A stretch of 61,224 bases of DNA, filler included, from Dugesia japonica (lineage: Eukaryota), in assembly GCA_001938525.1 (NCBI GenBank). It is 4 parts of 4 records of this genome, joined end to end, with 100 filler letters (N's around TTAATTAATTAA, not from the genome) between each part and the next. Parts side by side here need not be neighbours in the genome. Positions count along the whole stretch, not along the records: positions 36,634 to 51,914 come from MQRL01500355.1; positions 52,015 to 61,224 come from MQRL01586355.1; 2 more parts are not named here. The stretch is one strand, 5' to 3'. Made by a program: the position numbers and the translations under genes. The notes beneath the pieces are model-generated. The model worked only from the letters and a program-made list of their open reading frames with translations. It had not been told where the DNA came from and did not search any database. Within the stretch, counting starts at the first letter, position 1. The number at the start of each line of letters is the position of its first letter. This document shows positions 39,282-52,055 of this stretch, piece after piece.

Positions 39282-42200
39282 TTTGTATTGACTTTAAATA
39301 AACAACTAAATTTGTGTTTTTTCAATAGAAAGTTATAGAAAAATTTTGTGAATTAAAGTTTTTACATAATATTGTATATTTTATAAATATAATGTGCTTT
39401 CAATATATTGAATTATTTTTTTATTTATAGTATTTTACATTGAAATTTTATGACAGTTTTATTAAATATTTTGTCATTGCAAAATAAATTTGTTACAAGT
39501 AAAATTTATCTTTTTTACTATTCGTTTATTAAATAAAAGCGTCAACAATCAAAAATATGTAATAAATTATATAAATATTTGTTAAGCGCTGATCTATTAT
39601 CAAATATAAATTTCAAAATGCGAGAATCCAATTCTACCTATTTTCATAGAAGACTGCTAAAATATTGAAAAATCAAGTAAATAAACTTTGATGTTATTAT
39701 TTTAAAAACTGTGTATTATATAGCAGTGGTGCCCAACCTTTTTAGAATACCATTTTTTTAAAAATTATAAGGATCGACAAATGAGGTTTATGTATCAGTA
39801 GTATTACTTATATCGTATTTGTTTGAATTTAAAAGATATCCATCATCACATTTAGTAACATGAAAGTTAAACAGAATTTTTAAAAATGACTTAATAAAAT
39901 GTAAATTAAGAATGATCTTTTATTGCATTAAACTTCATCTTCGATTGCAATTTTTCTCCAAAGAACTGATTTGTGGTTTTTAATGATAATATCGACAGTG
40001 ATACTGAAAATGTCAGTTGCAATCGACATGCAATTCCAATTGACAGGTTGGAAACTATCATACTTATTTCATAACTTTTATTATAATCCTTAAGATTTTA
40101 GGTTATTAGTATTTTGTTCATTATTTATATCATTATAACCGCAAACATTTATCGAAATCTTGGTGACTTGTATCCAATCCTTCAGGTTCAACAAGTAGGT
40201 ATTAACTCTTTAGATTTCGGACGCTTGATGGTTGATGTTGTCTATTGATGTCTAGTACGATAAAATAATGTGAGAAATCAACTTGCTATTATTCGTAGGT
40301 CTATATGTATTGTTTCAACAGAAATTTAGGGGTTCAGAATAATTAATTTTGTACATCCGAGTAGGACTTAATGGTGTTAGGACTGTTCCTTCCTTTTAAC
40401 TTAGTGATTTAGTTTTTCAATAACCCCAGTAGTTCTTTCTGTTTTCTCTTCTGTTGTATCAAAGTAGCAATTAGAATTGGATATCTTGCGAAGCGGATGC
40501 AGTTGTTGTCATTGTTTTGTAACTAATTAACATTAGGCTGGAGATTTAAGACTAATGTAAAATCATTAAAGTAAATATATTAGATTTATCGCAATTGCAG
40601 TCTTATTCACGCCTTTCTGGTATGTTCATTATCTCTTAATGTTATTAATTTTATTTACTTGAGTACCTTCATCCTAGAAAATTAAGTATTTGTGATTCAA
40701 AAAATCATCACTATCTCACCACTGTTTATGAATGATTTTGGAAAAATTAACAGCTTATATTTACTTGTATTGGGGTGCAACACCCGTTTGGTAAAGAGCA
40801 TAAAGCCCAGGAGGCCTAAATCAGAAAGTAGTGAAGGAGGGGGGTAAAAAGAAAGTTAATTAGAACTAATTATCATTTGGTTAAACATTATAATAATTAT
40901 ACTAGAAAAAAGATCAGAAAGAACGATAAACGGCAGAAAGAAAACATCAGATGAATAAATACAATCCTGATCAACTTCAATAATTAAAGAAAATTAAAAT
41001 TTATTAAGAAAAAACAAGAAAATTATTATTGAAAACATACTTAATTAGGAGGAAAAAATTAATTAATTTTAGCCAAAAAAGAAGTTAAATTAGATGAAAA
41101 TCAGTTTTTGAAGGATATCTTGGCTCAAAAAAATCACAAAGGATCATAGTAAGAAAAACTGAAAAGAGAAAGTTTTAGGGCAATAGAATTTTGCAACAAG
41201 AAAACTTTACCATCGTCAGAAGATTCATGAAAAGGGTTTGAAAATTCGGCCAATCACAGTCCAGAAAAGAAACAGAAAATAAAGGCATAAAAATCAAAGG
41301 TGCTCCAAAAATAGGGAGCAATAATGTAGTAGAAAGTTGTCAAAATTTTTAGCATTTTAGACAAAACCCCAATCAGGAATTTGGAACAGAAAACAAAAAT
41401 AGATACCCAATACGAAGAGAATTGGGTTGTAAAGAAAAGGGTATATAAACCCTCCGGAAATTTAGAAGAAAAATCTCTCATTTTACTGAGTTTTGCTAGT
41501 ATTATGGCATCGGAATATTATTACTTTAGAGAAAACAAAAATTCTTCACCGAAAAATATTTAATTTATTGTTGAATTTTACACGGTAAGATCATCATTTC
41601 TAAAAAACTAATTCATTGGCGTAACATTTGAATTTCCAGAGAAGAAATATTCTATCAATTAACGAAATAAATTTAACAGCCAAAACCGACCACTAATTCC
41701 AAGTGAAACACTTTTATATTTTAAAGATTAAACCATTGCAGAAACCCTTTTTTTAACAGTAAGTGTGGTTTGTCGTATTATATTATTGTAATAACAATCT
41801 ATTGGTAAATAATAAATATGTTTAATGCTGGATTTATGTATTTTTTATATTAAATTTGTAGGAAATAATCATTTTAATCTATAAATCATAAAGTAATTAA
41901 AATACATTAATAAAAACCTTTATTTTTAACCACTTAAAGTGACATGAAGAATTTAATCTAGGGAGTGAGAACGAAAAAGACAACTAGAGTGGGTATGTAT
42001 CATGATCGATGCCTATTTAGATATTTTTCAGTGAGAAATTTAGTTCACTACCAGTCGATGATGTAGCACTATGAGAATTGTACCAAATTATTATGCTTCT
42101 ATTAAAATCAATAACATAAAATCACTCATAATTAGGCATGCATAAAAAACTTTTCAACACAGCACGGATGAGTCATCCTAGTACGGGTATCGAATCAGTA

Positions 42201-42303
42201 GCACAGGTTATCATTTATTCAATGCCATGTTGGGCAAAACTATGTTACTCGTCAGAAAGAATCATAATTTTTACTACAAATGTTTAAACTAACTCAAACT
42301 GTA

Positions 42304-43523
42304 TGTGAGGTTTCTTGTGAATCCTATCCCTAACATTATTTTCTTTAATATTTTTTTATAATAATATGATAACAATAATAACCAGTTAAATAATTAATAA
42401 GAAAATATATGATAGTAATAATTGTAAATAAAGAATTTGGTTAATAATAAATAATAGATAATAGGATAAAGTATAATTGCAAATAATATNNNNNNNNNNN
42501 NNNNNNNNNNNNNNNNNNNNNNNNNNNNNNNNNNNNNNNNATAATATTAAGTATAATAATAAATATAACAAAATAAAAATAATAATAAATTTTTTTAATT
42601 GGGCTTTGTTTCAAGCCGGTTAACTGTTTTAAGTTAGGTGACTAATAACTGTTACATGAGAGATTGTTATTGCAGGATTGAGAGTGTCCAAATTTGGTGA
42701 TGTGTGTTCATTTCAAAATCACCTAATTTGGACATATGCTATCTGTTACATACAATTTGATTGGTTGGACAATTATATATAATTGCAACCAAATAATCAA
42801 ATCGGCAGATAAAGCAGAACACAAATTAATTGTTTACAAAAAATTTGCTACATTTATTGAGAAAAGGTAAATTTAATTTTTCCTAAAATCCAAATTTAAT
42901 TTAAAAATTTCAGTTATATTTCTAGCGTTGAGAGGCTAGTGAAATATAATCCTTCGATCTACAGTATCGAGTTAAGTTTAAACTAAATTAAATACCTAAA
43001 ATCGATAAAGCAAACGCAGATTGTTACAATCTGGACTAGTTGCTTTTAAATAACTAAAAAGATTTTCCATACATTCATTTTTTTTATTAAGGCGTTGTGC
43101 TAAAAAACGGTGAGTCAACGTTTGTTTATTTTTGAGCAATTGCTCTTGTATACTCTTTACTTCATAGGATCACGCTGATTAAAGACTAGTAATTTTTGAT
43201 ATAAAATTTGTAGTTTTATTTATTTTGATATTTGTTATTTGTGATAGATAATACATTTTTGAAAGTTATTTTATTCATTTTTACATTTTTGTATTATTTC
43301 ATAATAATAATTAAAATATTGCAGTTCTGGTCAGAACTTACAAAGTACAGATCGAAATAAATATTAATTCCTTCCAAACTCATTTAATTTCCGCAACCGG
43401 AAATTAAATGATTTTAGACTCAGGTACTAGCACCCAGTGTGAGGAACCCTAAAATCATAGTTACATTTTTTCAATACTTTTTAATTACAAAAAACGCAAC
43501 CAAACACATTTTTGAACCTCACG
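42304..43523. mobile_element. Nested solo LTR of a second family
   Basis: Termini TGTGAGGTT...AACCTCACG; perfect TGTA duplication at 42300-42303 and 43524-43527. Confidence 0.8.
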
Positions 43524-44491
43524 TGTATTATAATGTTGGATTTCTCTAAATATAAAGTGTACAATCGTCCCATTATGTTAAATGGAGATATGAATGCTAC
43601 ATAATGTCGCAAATTCGCTTTGGGTCATTTTCTTTCTTCTTTTCTTTGAAATTTATGAATGAATAAATCAAGTAGTGATGCCATGTACCTATAATCGTCA
43701 AGGTAATTCACATCAATGAATAGTGGAGCTCATGAGTGATAACACGGTCATGTTGGGAGTGGAATAATTTTCTATTCTCGCCATGAAGATTGGAAGAATA
43801 GTTTTACTGATAGGATGGAAACTGTTAACAAAAAGACAATCCCAGTAATCTTTGACAATCGATTAACATCCTCACAATTCATGTTAGCGGCAGAAACAAC
43901 ATGGTGTGTGCCATTTATTAATTTAGTTATCTTTTGGTCGATTATCAATAATAAAACCAACCATTTTGTTGTTATTATCATTATATTTGCGGTGAATATA
44001 ATTACTATTATGTTATTACTAATAAAATTATTATTAACGGTGAGATTGTTACTCTTATTACTATGAGAAAGGTTATTTTATTATAATTTATATTTACAAA
44101 TATTTCGGGCGTGCTCATGATTTACCAGTAATTAAATTCACTTTATCAACGTATCTACTACTACTGATGCCGTGAATCATCATTATTAGCATTAATCCCA
44201 TGAGCTACGGCATGGTTATTAAAATTCTAGTAACATTAAAACAATTATCGGTGAAACAATTACGGGTATTATCATCTCTTTGATTACCATATTTAGTACC
44301 GCTATAATTTTGTGTTAATAGTGTAAGTACTAGATTAGCGGAAACACTATAGTTACCTTCTTTTTTTTCCAGGATTACATTTAGAGTTCGGGTAATGTAA
44401 AATGAATGTTTTCCGTTACACCCATACACGAATCACCTGAATCTTTTAGAATCTGCTTTGCTAATATATTAATAAAGGAACAGATTTCCCC

Positions 44492-44779
44492 ATGCTGGAC
44501 ATTCTAATCAGAACCCTCCTGTTGATCCTACAAGAGCGAGAGAAATCCCGTAAGAAACAGTTAATCGGCGATCTACTCTTCCCTGATCTAGTTCTATCTC
44601 CGGATGAACTGGATCTGCAATGTTTTCAAGAGTTATACCCCTCCCCTGGGAAGTTGATTTGGATACCGAATTATGACCACCCATTGATGTTTCATTGTAA
44701 AATAAATCATCTCATCGTTAAATCTCCTTTCTCTTTTATTAAATTTTTGCCATTATATTTGATATCATTTATCGACTAA
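44492..44779 (+). CDS. Element ORF D orphan (copy 3)
   Basis: MLDILIRTLLLILQEREKSRKKQLIGDLLFPDLVLSPDELDLQCFQELYP is homologous to 32366-32545. Confidence 0.6.
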   Translation: MLDILIRTLLLILQEREKSRKKQLIGDLLFPDLVLSPDELDLQCFQELYPSPGKLIWIPNYDHPLMFHCKINHLIVKSPFSFIKFLPLYLISFID

Positions 44780-44813
44780 TTCATGTCGACATATCAATTT
44801 TCTTTCAGTTATT

Positions 44814-45233
44814 ATGGAGTATAAATGGGAAGTTATTCAAGATAAGACCACCAGCCGAATGATATTCAAAAAATACCTAAATCCCTATAACCGGGTTTTG
44901 ACAGAGAGGTTCAATTTTCCTGCCAGGGTTGCGTATGAAGATAAAATGATGGACGCCACTGATCGTCAGGCGTATTACCACTAGACCGGTCCCGATCGCA
45001 GCCGTGTTACCTTCTCTGTAGGAATGATATCCACAGACTACATAAATGGCGTGCCGATTTATGAGCGGATTTGGAGAGAACACATACCTCCTCCTTTAGC
45101 ACCTATCATGACTCCTGTATGATTAGATGGCTTAGTTAATGACACGCTATGGAGTGTTCGTAATGCTTCAAGTGGCGGCAGCGAAGAAAATGTCGATCTA
45201 TCCCCGAGTGACGAAACCCCAGTAAAAACCTGA
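44814..45233 (+). pseudogene. Element ORF C orphan (copy 3)
   Basis: tttcag|ttattATG, then MEYKWEVIQDKTTSRMIFKKYLNPYNR...YYH*TGPDRSR...LWSV...ETPVKT*. Confidence 0.72.
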
Positions 45234-45426
45234 TTCATTGATGATCCTTGTTATGTGCAAATAATATATTATCTTTATATTATTTAATATCTTCCTTATT
45301 TAATAAACAACGACATTATATTGGTTAGATAAACTTTACTAACGCATTTTTACAAAATTTAATCATCAATAAACAACCTGACCTGAATTGCTACTCGTCA
45401 TTTAAATGTATGATTTACTTTTCTAG

Positions 45427-45785
45427 TGCATTCTTCCTTAAACCGATCAGTCACCCCAACAAAAAAGATAAGAGAAAGTAGTGACAACAACGAAATGACG
45501 TGGGACTTATATCGTCTCCCCAAGCGTCTTTAGGAGACTGACTCCACGGCAGCAGAAAGCAAAGTGAAGCAGTACAAAAATAAGTGTGTTGCGTTTAGAA
45601 AAGAAGCCGAAGCCTATCACACTCAGGAAATGCTTTGGAAAAGTCAAGTTGAGTCGTTCGCCGAAATTATCCTGTCCCTCCATGACCGTGNGAATAAACT
45701 GGNTGAGGACATTCTTGTATTAAAAAAAGCCATGCCGCTTGCACCATTAATAATCGGCAAAGGCACACAGACGGCGCGGCCATAA
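45427..45785 (+). pseudogene. Element ORF A (copy 3)
   Basis: ttctag|TG, then HSSLNRSVTPTKKIRESSDNNEMTWDLYRLPKRL*...KCVAFRKEAEA...LKKAMPLAPL; AATAAA follows the stop. Confidence 0.75.
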
Positions 45786-45941
45786 TGTCATTGAGTATTC
45801 ATTTGGTGCATAAATAAAACATCTTTTGTGTAGTCGGTTTGATTCGTTTGCTGGGTAAATAATCCAATTCATGGACTTTTATTATCTAAATAAATTTTAA
45901 GATTATTACCTAATCATTAATTGAACTCATTTCTTTTATAG

Positions 45942-46302
45942 GGACCAGAATTCAACTTTCAACAAGCTTAAGTCGCTGATATCGTCTAATACAAAAACTG
46001 CTACTCGAACGACATATTAAACGGCAAGCCAAAAGGACCTGTTACGTCAACTCACACAGAGGAATCGTCTAGTTAAGAAATTAGATTCCATAATAAAGAA
46101 ACAAAGAAAGTTGGCGGAACAAGCCAAGCAAATCTTGGAAAATAAGATAAATTTCTTAAATGTATATATCGCAGATTTATCCAACCAGTTAGAATTGGGA
46201 ACGGGAGCACGCTGGAATCCGAGTGACGATGAGGCCGCATTCAACTTGATGGATGGCAAGCCCTCCCAGTGGTTAGACCCGGGTGCTCTTAATTATATAT
46301 AA
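45942..46302 (+). pseudogene. Element ORF B (copy 3)
   Basis: ttatag|GG, then TRIQLSTSLSR*YRLIQKLLLERHIKRQ...LAEQAKQILENKINFLNVYIADLSNQL. Confidence 0.75.
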
Positions 46303-47289
46303 TTTAACACAAGATGAATGTTAATCTAAATTTATTATTGTTTTTTTTAATATTGGTAAGAAAAGCGAAAAATAATGAACCCAAAACAAAGGTACACGAG
46401 TGAGCACTCCAAGTAAGTGTTGGGAGTCAACCGCTCTATAATGAAAATCTAATTAGGGACATTAGATAAATTCTTGAACGGGTACCCTGAGGGCTGTTTT
46501 TTCCCCAGCCAACTTTTTCTACCACAAACTCAGGTGGGACCCCAACACCTGTCTTTGTTGTTTGTTGAGTTCTGGCCGTTTTGACTCTGGCCATGCGAGT
46601 TTTTTAAATTATACTATAACCAGGATAATATACACACAAATTAAATTTGTGAAACTCTATTTAAAGATTGAAATGTTGATCGATATAGACGAGATGCATC
46701 CCTAGTTATTCGTATCTGAATTAACAAAACATTTCGTCGCCGTATATTTGATTACGATTTACATATATAATAATTTATTTTTAATTCTTTATTTAGGATT
46801 TGGTTTTGATTTTCCCCTTTTGAGTTCATTTTTGTTATTTGCAAAGTCAAAAGAACTAAATTTAAAAAGCTTTATTAAATTACAATTCATTACTGTTAAA
46901 ATGTATCTTCGTCGTTCGTCCGTTTATTATTTCGCCTTAGAACTCCTTTATTTACATCCTTTTCATAACCTTATTTTATTTTTGTCATTATGAAAAAATA
47001 TATAGAACTTATTTAAAAGTTTTTTAAAAAATTTAATTAAATGTTTATTTTGTTTTATCATGAAATTATTATACTGTTAGACCCTGAGACTTTTATCGTT
47101 GTTATTTATACTTTCTGTATTTTAGGACTATTTATCTTTTCTTGCCAATTGTCTTGTCTGGGGGATAATACCTCAAAACCGTAAGAACCTCATGAACACC
47201 AATTTTACCATTTCCGGATTCAACAAGATTACGTGGTATCCCATGATATGAATCTCAGTTGATTCTCCGACTTAGTAACTCTTCCACGT

Positions 47290-47560
47290 ATTATTTATAC
47301 TTATTACAGATTCATTATACAGATTCATTATTTATAGAATTTCTTATTGGAAAACAAACTTGGGAAGAATTTTATCCAAAGATTCAATATTTACTAGGAA
47401 ACGAATTATTTCAAATGAAAGACAAATTACCAGATTGCATAAGAACTAAATCATAAGCTAAACCATGTGCTTATGAATATCTTGAATAAGATCATTTTAA
47501 ATTTAATAAAAAACATAAAGGTGTAAGAAATTTTAATGGATCATTTTATTAATGTTTTAA
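47290..47560 (+). pseudogene. Probable pPolB C-terminal fragment
   Basis: HYTDSLFIEF...LFQMKDKLP...AKPCAY...KHKGV resembles the DTDS / KDE / KxY / KxKG series. Confidence 0.5.
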
Positions 47561-50500
47561 AAACTATTATAATTACAATTATTGTGAGAATAATTTTTGG
47601 ACTTAACCATTGATCGCATTTGAGATTTCATTAAAATAAAGAAAAAGCTTCGATCAAAAAAAAATGTTTTTGTAAAAAAGTTATTTGTAAAAAAGTTCAA
47701 ATTTTCGACAATAGTATTTTTCAGGANNNNNNNNNNNNNNNGATATATTCAATGCAATAGATCTTTGTTACTTAATTCTTTAGATTTTATCGACATTTTA
47801 TTGGTTTATTTAATTATGAATTTTAACTTTTATTATTAAATTTACTTTTTAAAACTTTTTATTCGATATTAATTTTTATGTTAAGAATTTTTAAAATTTT
47901 TTTTAATAACAATTATTATATATTATTTAGTACATATATTATATTTAAAATTTTTAAAATTTGTGTTGTTTTTGGATATAAATTTTAAATTTTAAAAATT
48001 TATTTTGTTTTTTTGTGTTTGTTTTTGAAAATTATTTACTATATAAATAATAAGTATTTTATTTATGTTATACTCAAACGGCAATATTTTTAACCAAATT
48101 TTTTAGAATCAATTAAAAATAGAATTATTTTTATATTAAAATGAATTTTTTAAGAATCAAAAAAATTAAGACTTAAAATGAAGACTTAAAAACTAATTTT
48201 TTTCTTAAAAGTTTCTTTCAAATTCATATTAAATTTTTTTATTTAATTCATATTATTTAGTNNNNNNNNNNNNNNNNNNNATTTTAAACATATTATTTAT
48301 TGATATTAATATAACCTTTTATATTTTCAAATATTTTTTAAATAATGTAATTGTTGAACACCACATTTATCTGGGGTTTATCCTCTTTAATTAATATTTG
48401 TTCATGTTTTTTTCTGTGAAGTTTATGGTGATATGGTGTATTGTAATATGGTGAATTTTTGGTGATTTTCTGGTAAAACATTATGTTTGTTTTGAAATTG
48501 TTTGAACAAACAAAATAAAGAAATTATTAATTAATATAAAAACAAGGAAAAAATCAGAAAGAAAATGAGAATCGATATACCTTTGGCTAAGACGCTTGGA
48601 AAATGATTGGGTAAGAAAAATTAAATTGGTCTAAAAGAAATAAATCCCATTTTGTTAATTTTAAAAGTTAAAAAGCCACGAAAAAGTAAAGAAATGGTTA
48701 ATACAGATCAACCAATGAATGGTCAGAAAAAAGAATAAAAACAAAGACAATAAATTCAGATGGCTTCCAAAAATAATCACCAAAAAAAGATGCAGAAAAC
48801 GTTAAAAATAGAAGCTAATCAAATCACAGAAAAATGATCATAAAGACTAAAAGCATAAAGAATATAGCGGTGGTGTCAAAGAAATGGTATAAAAGCCCCC
48901 GAAGTTTTAGGAGAAACCGACATTAAAGATTTTTTTAGCAGTTTTTAAAGGAATTTAAGATTTGAAAACATATTGAATTAATAGACTTACTGTTATTTTG
49001 AATCAATCTCTGTTGCCTATCATATTAACAAATAATTATGTTTTACTGTATATTGTAACATTTAATAAACTGTTTAAAATTTAACCGCTACACTGATTAT
49101 TTTTGTAAGTTTTTTTTTGTTTAATAATTCTTTATTTTTTAATTTTTTTATGTAAATTAATTCTTATTGATTTTTAATAATTATTAAGTTAAAATTTTTG
49201 TAATAAACTATATTTATATGAAAATTTTTAGATATTAAATCAGAGAAAAAATATTAATATTACTAATATTAAAGGCACCTTTTATTCGATTTGTTTAAAT
49301 TTTTTTAATATATTTTTAATTTAAGATTATCATTGTTCTAATAAATCATAATTAATAATGCTCAAAAAATACGTGGTGGTGGATGGATTTAGCAGTTCTA
49401 TTTTAATAAATGTTAAATTCTTAAACAATTCTAATATTAAGCGCGATGTAATTCAAAATATTTCGTCTCCAAAAATTGGAATCTCCTTGATTATTAGAAT
49501 TCTGTGGATTTCAAAAACAATGTTTTCTTTCAGCTAGAAATTCGTTCGCTAAAAATGTGAAAGCTTCAATTTCTTACATGTACTCACTTCAGATATTTTG
49601 CAATAGATTTTTTTTATTCCAATACACTATAGCTAAGATTGTCGGTATTAACTGAGCTGTTATTTGAGTATTCCTATTATCAAAATCATTAATGATATCG
49701 CCCTGGTTGTCATCATTATTTATTAACACGAATTATTGCTAATAGTAGTCACTATATTTGTTGGGAGTCATTTTCTAGCTTAATATAATTATATATAATC
49801 CCCAGATATAATTATGGCCTTTCAGACTCTCATTATTATGCAATTATTCTGAGTACTCTCGTTTCAATATGATGGTCACCGTCTTGGTAGAGTTTTCCCC
49901 GCGACCATTGACCTTTGATATTCTAGCTGTAGGCTCAAGCCACTGCAGATAATCGTATAATACGTCAAGTCATATTGCTATAATATTTATGGTTAATTAA
50001 AATATCAGCCACGAATTGCCCATTCATCCTATTTTAAATAACCATAAATCATCTAATCGTATGTAATTCCAGGTATACCTAGCATTCCTCATATTGTATT
50101 TAAAAAGATAAGGCACGATCAAGACCTTACGCAATGGCACCAGTTATTGGTCACCTGATGAACCCAGAGTATATACTGACGAAACAAACGTCGACTGTTA
50201 CACTTAGATGTTCCCACTATTACCAACCTCCGACTATTGAATACATTGTTACTACATATTATTAAAACAAACTGTTTATATTAGAATTTGTTTATTTATT
50301 TCATCAAGTAAAATGACACAACATATATAGATGCTGTTTCCCCTAATGAATAGCCGAAATGTTTTTTAGCGGGCGGGAAATCCATTTCGCTGATACATAG
50401 GCATCTTATTAGATAACTAGAATATACTCCCTCCAGATCAGATAAGCCAGTGGAGTGAGGATAGCTTAAAAAGGTGGCTCCACCATAAAATTTGCTGATT

Positions 50501-50849
50501 TACCGGGCTCTCCCACACCCTTGTACACGGAAGATAATGAAAATCACACGTTGCATGAGCGACTGACGTTCTGATTCCACTTGACTCTGGTTTATGTCGT
50601 AATGTATGTTCAAAATACAGTATAGTTCATGCGTTTTTCAATCTGTTATTTCAATGTCTACCTTAATCTTTAAGCAAATAAACCACGAACCAAATCATCG
50701 ACAGTTAAAAAAGGACACCCATACAATGTACGCAGACACTATGATGCAATGTACAAAGAACAGTATGAAACATTAACTGGAAAAATCCGCGATGACAAAG
50801 TTCAACATCCAAAAGCATCAATTGAAATTCAACGAATAATTTGTAAGAG

Positions 50850-51640
50850 CAAGTTTTGTTATCAGTGAGATGATAGTAAAATTTCAATAGCACGATTGAT
50901 CATTAATAGACGTTTCCATATTTTTACTGATACTTTTAATGAGATATTAAACAAACCATTTGAGAAAAAACAACTAAAGAACAGATTGTTTTCTTTCAAT
51001 TAGTCCAGATGAAAGTTGTTTAACAGGGTGAGTTTGTATGCAAAAATTGTTGCCAGTAGAATTAGCGAATGATCCAACAGTGTTCATCAGCCACCGGTTC
51101 ATATTGCAAAAAATTTTGAAGCATGGTCTGTTGCTCTTGATGAAAGTACATGCATAACCCATACCTCTCACTGTGTAGTATTTGTTCGAGGAGTTGACAA
51201 AGCTCTGAATGTAACAGAATAATTACTGGGTGTACTAACTCTTAATGAACACAACAACAGGGCGTGACATATTTCGTGAACTGAAAATATGCTTTGATAA
51301 TTCGGGTTAAACTTGTGTCTGTATTAGCCCATCTTGCTCTAACAATGTGCTCTAAAAAATTAGCGTTGCTAGATTAATGAAAGAAACACCGGAACATCTT
51401 TGTGTGACATGCTTTTAACAGCAGTACATTGCAGGAAGTACTCTGTTGAAAAAGTCTGCACATGGATGAAGTTATGGACATTGTTGTGCATACGAACAAC
51501 TTTAAACGTGCAAGAGATCTCAGTCACAAAATGTTCAATTACTTTCTCTCTGAGGGGACTCCTTATTGATTGGTCCCCAATTGGGAACCGCTGTCAACTG
51601 AGTAGCCAGAGGGAGAGAATCAATAAAATTTTATAAATGT
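50850..51640 (+). mobile_element. hAT (Buster/Charlie, GTF2IRD2-like) transposase remnants
   Basis: SVALDESTCITHTSHCVVFVRGVDKALNVTE*LLGVLTL..TTGRDIF, with a second DES-containing piece upstream. Confidence 0.75.
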
Positions 51641-51914
51641 TTTACCGGTTATTTTGAAATGANTTCTCTGTTGATTGTCCAATGAAAATGAATTCACAAA
51701 CGAGTTGATCAATATTTCTGTGTTACAAACGAACCCCAATCACACCCCCGCCCCAGCATCATCAATCTCACTCACTCAGTCAGACACACCCAACCAAACC
51801 AATCCCAGCACAGCACAGCCCAATCAATACAAACGAGATCGTCGATGATGCAAAACAAGTATTTCCTCCGGGGAAATCTCGAAGCAACACAGATCGTATT
51901 GGAATCATCAAAAA

Positions 51915-52014
51915 NNNNNNNNNNNNNNNNNNNNNNNNNNNNNNNNNNNNNNNNNNNNTTAATTAATTAANNNNNNNNNNNNNNNNNNNNNNNNNNNNNN
52001 NNNNNNNNNNNNNN
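51915..52014. other. Artificial scaffold linker
   Basis: N44-TTAATTAATTAA-N44. Confidence 0.95.
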
Positions 52015-52055
52015 ATTTTAAATAAATTAATGTTTGGAAAGTAATAATTAACTAA

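Larger units (their letters stand above)
40768..46547 (+). mobile_element. TGTTGGGG...CCCCAACA LTR-like element, copy 3 (~4.55 kb plus a nested 1.2-kb insertion)
   Basis: Starts TATTGGGGTGCAACACCC, ends GGACCCCAACA; flanks CTTG/CCTG; TATA box at ~41443; donor-like GTAAGA/GTAAGT sites; ORFs D, C, A, B. Confidence 0.85.

Noticed and set aside
45420-45960. Spliced-leader AUG supplying the start codon for ORFs A and B
   Set aside because: The flatworm SL ends in AUG, but both ORFs are entered in phase 1, so that AUG would be out of frame.
46563-47225. Solo LTR bounded by TGTTGA...TCAACA
   Set aside because: Flanks TGTT and AGAT do not form a TSD; left unresolved.
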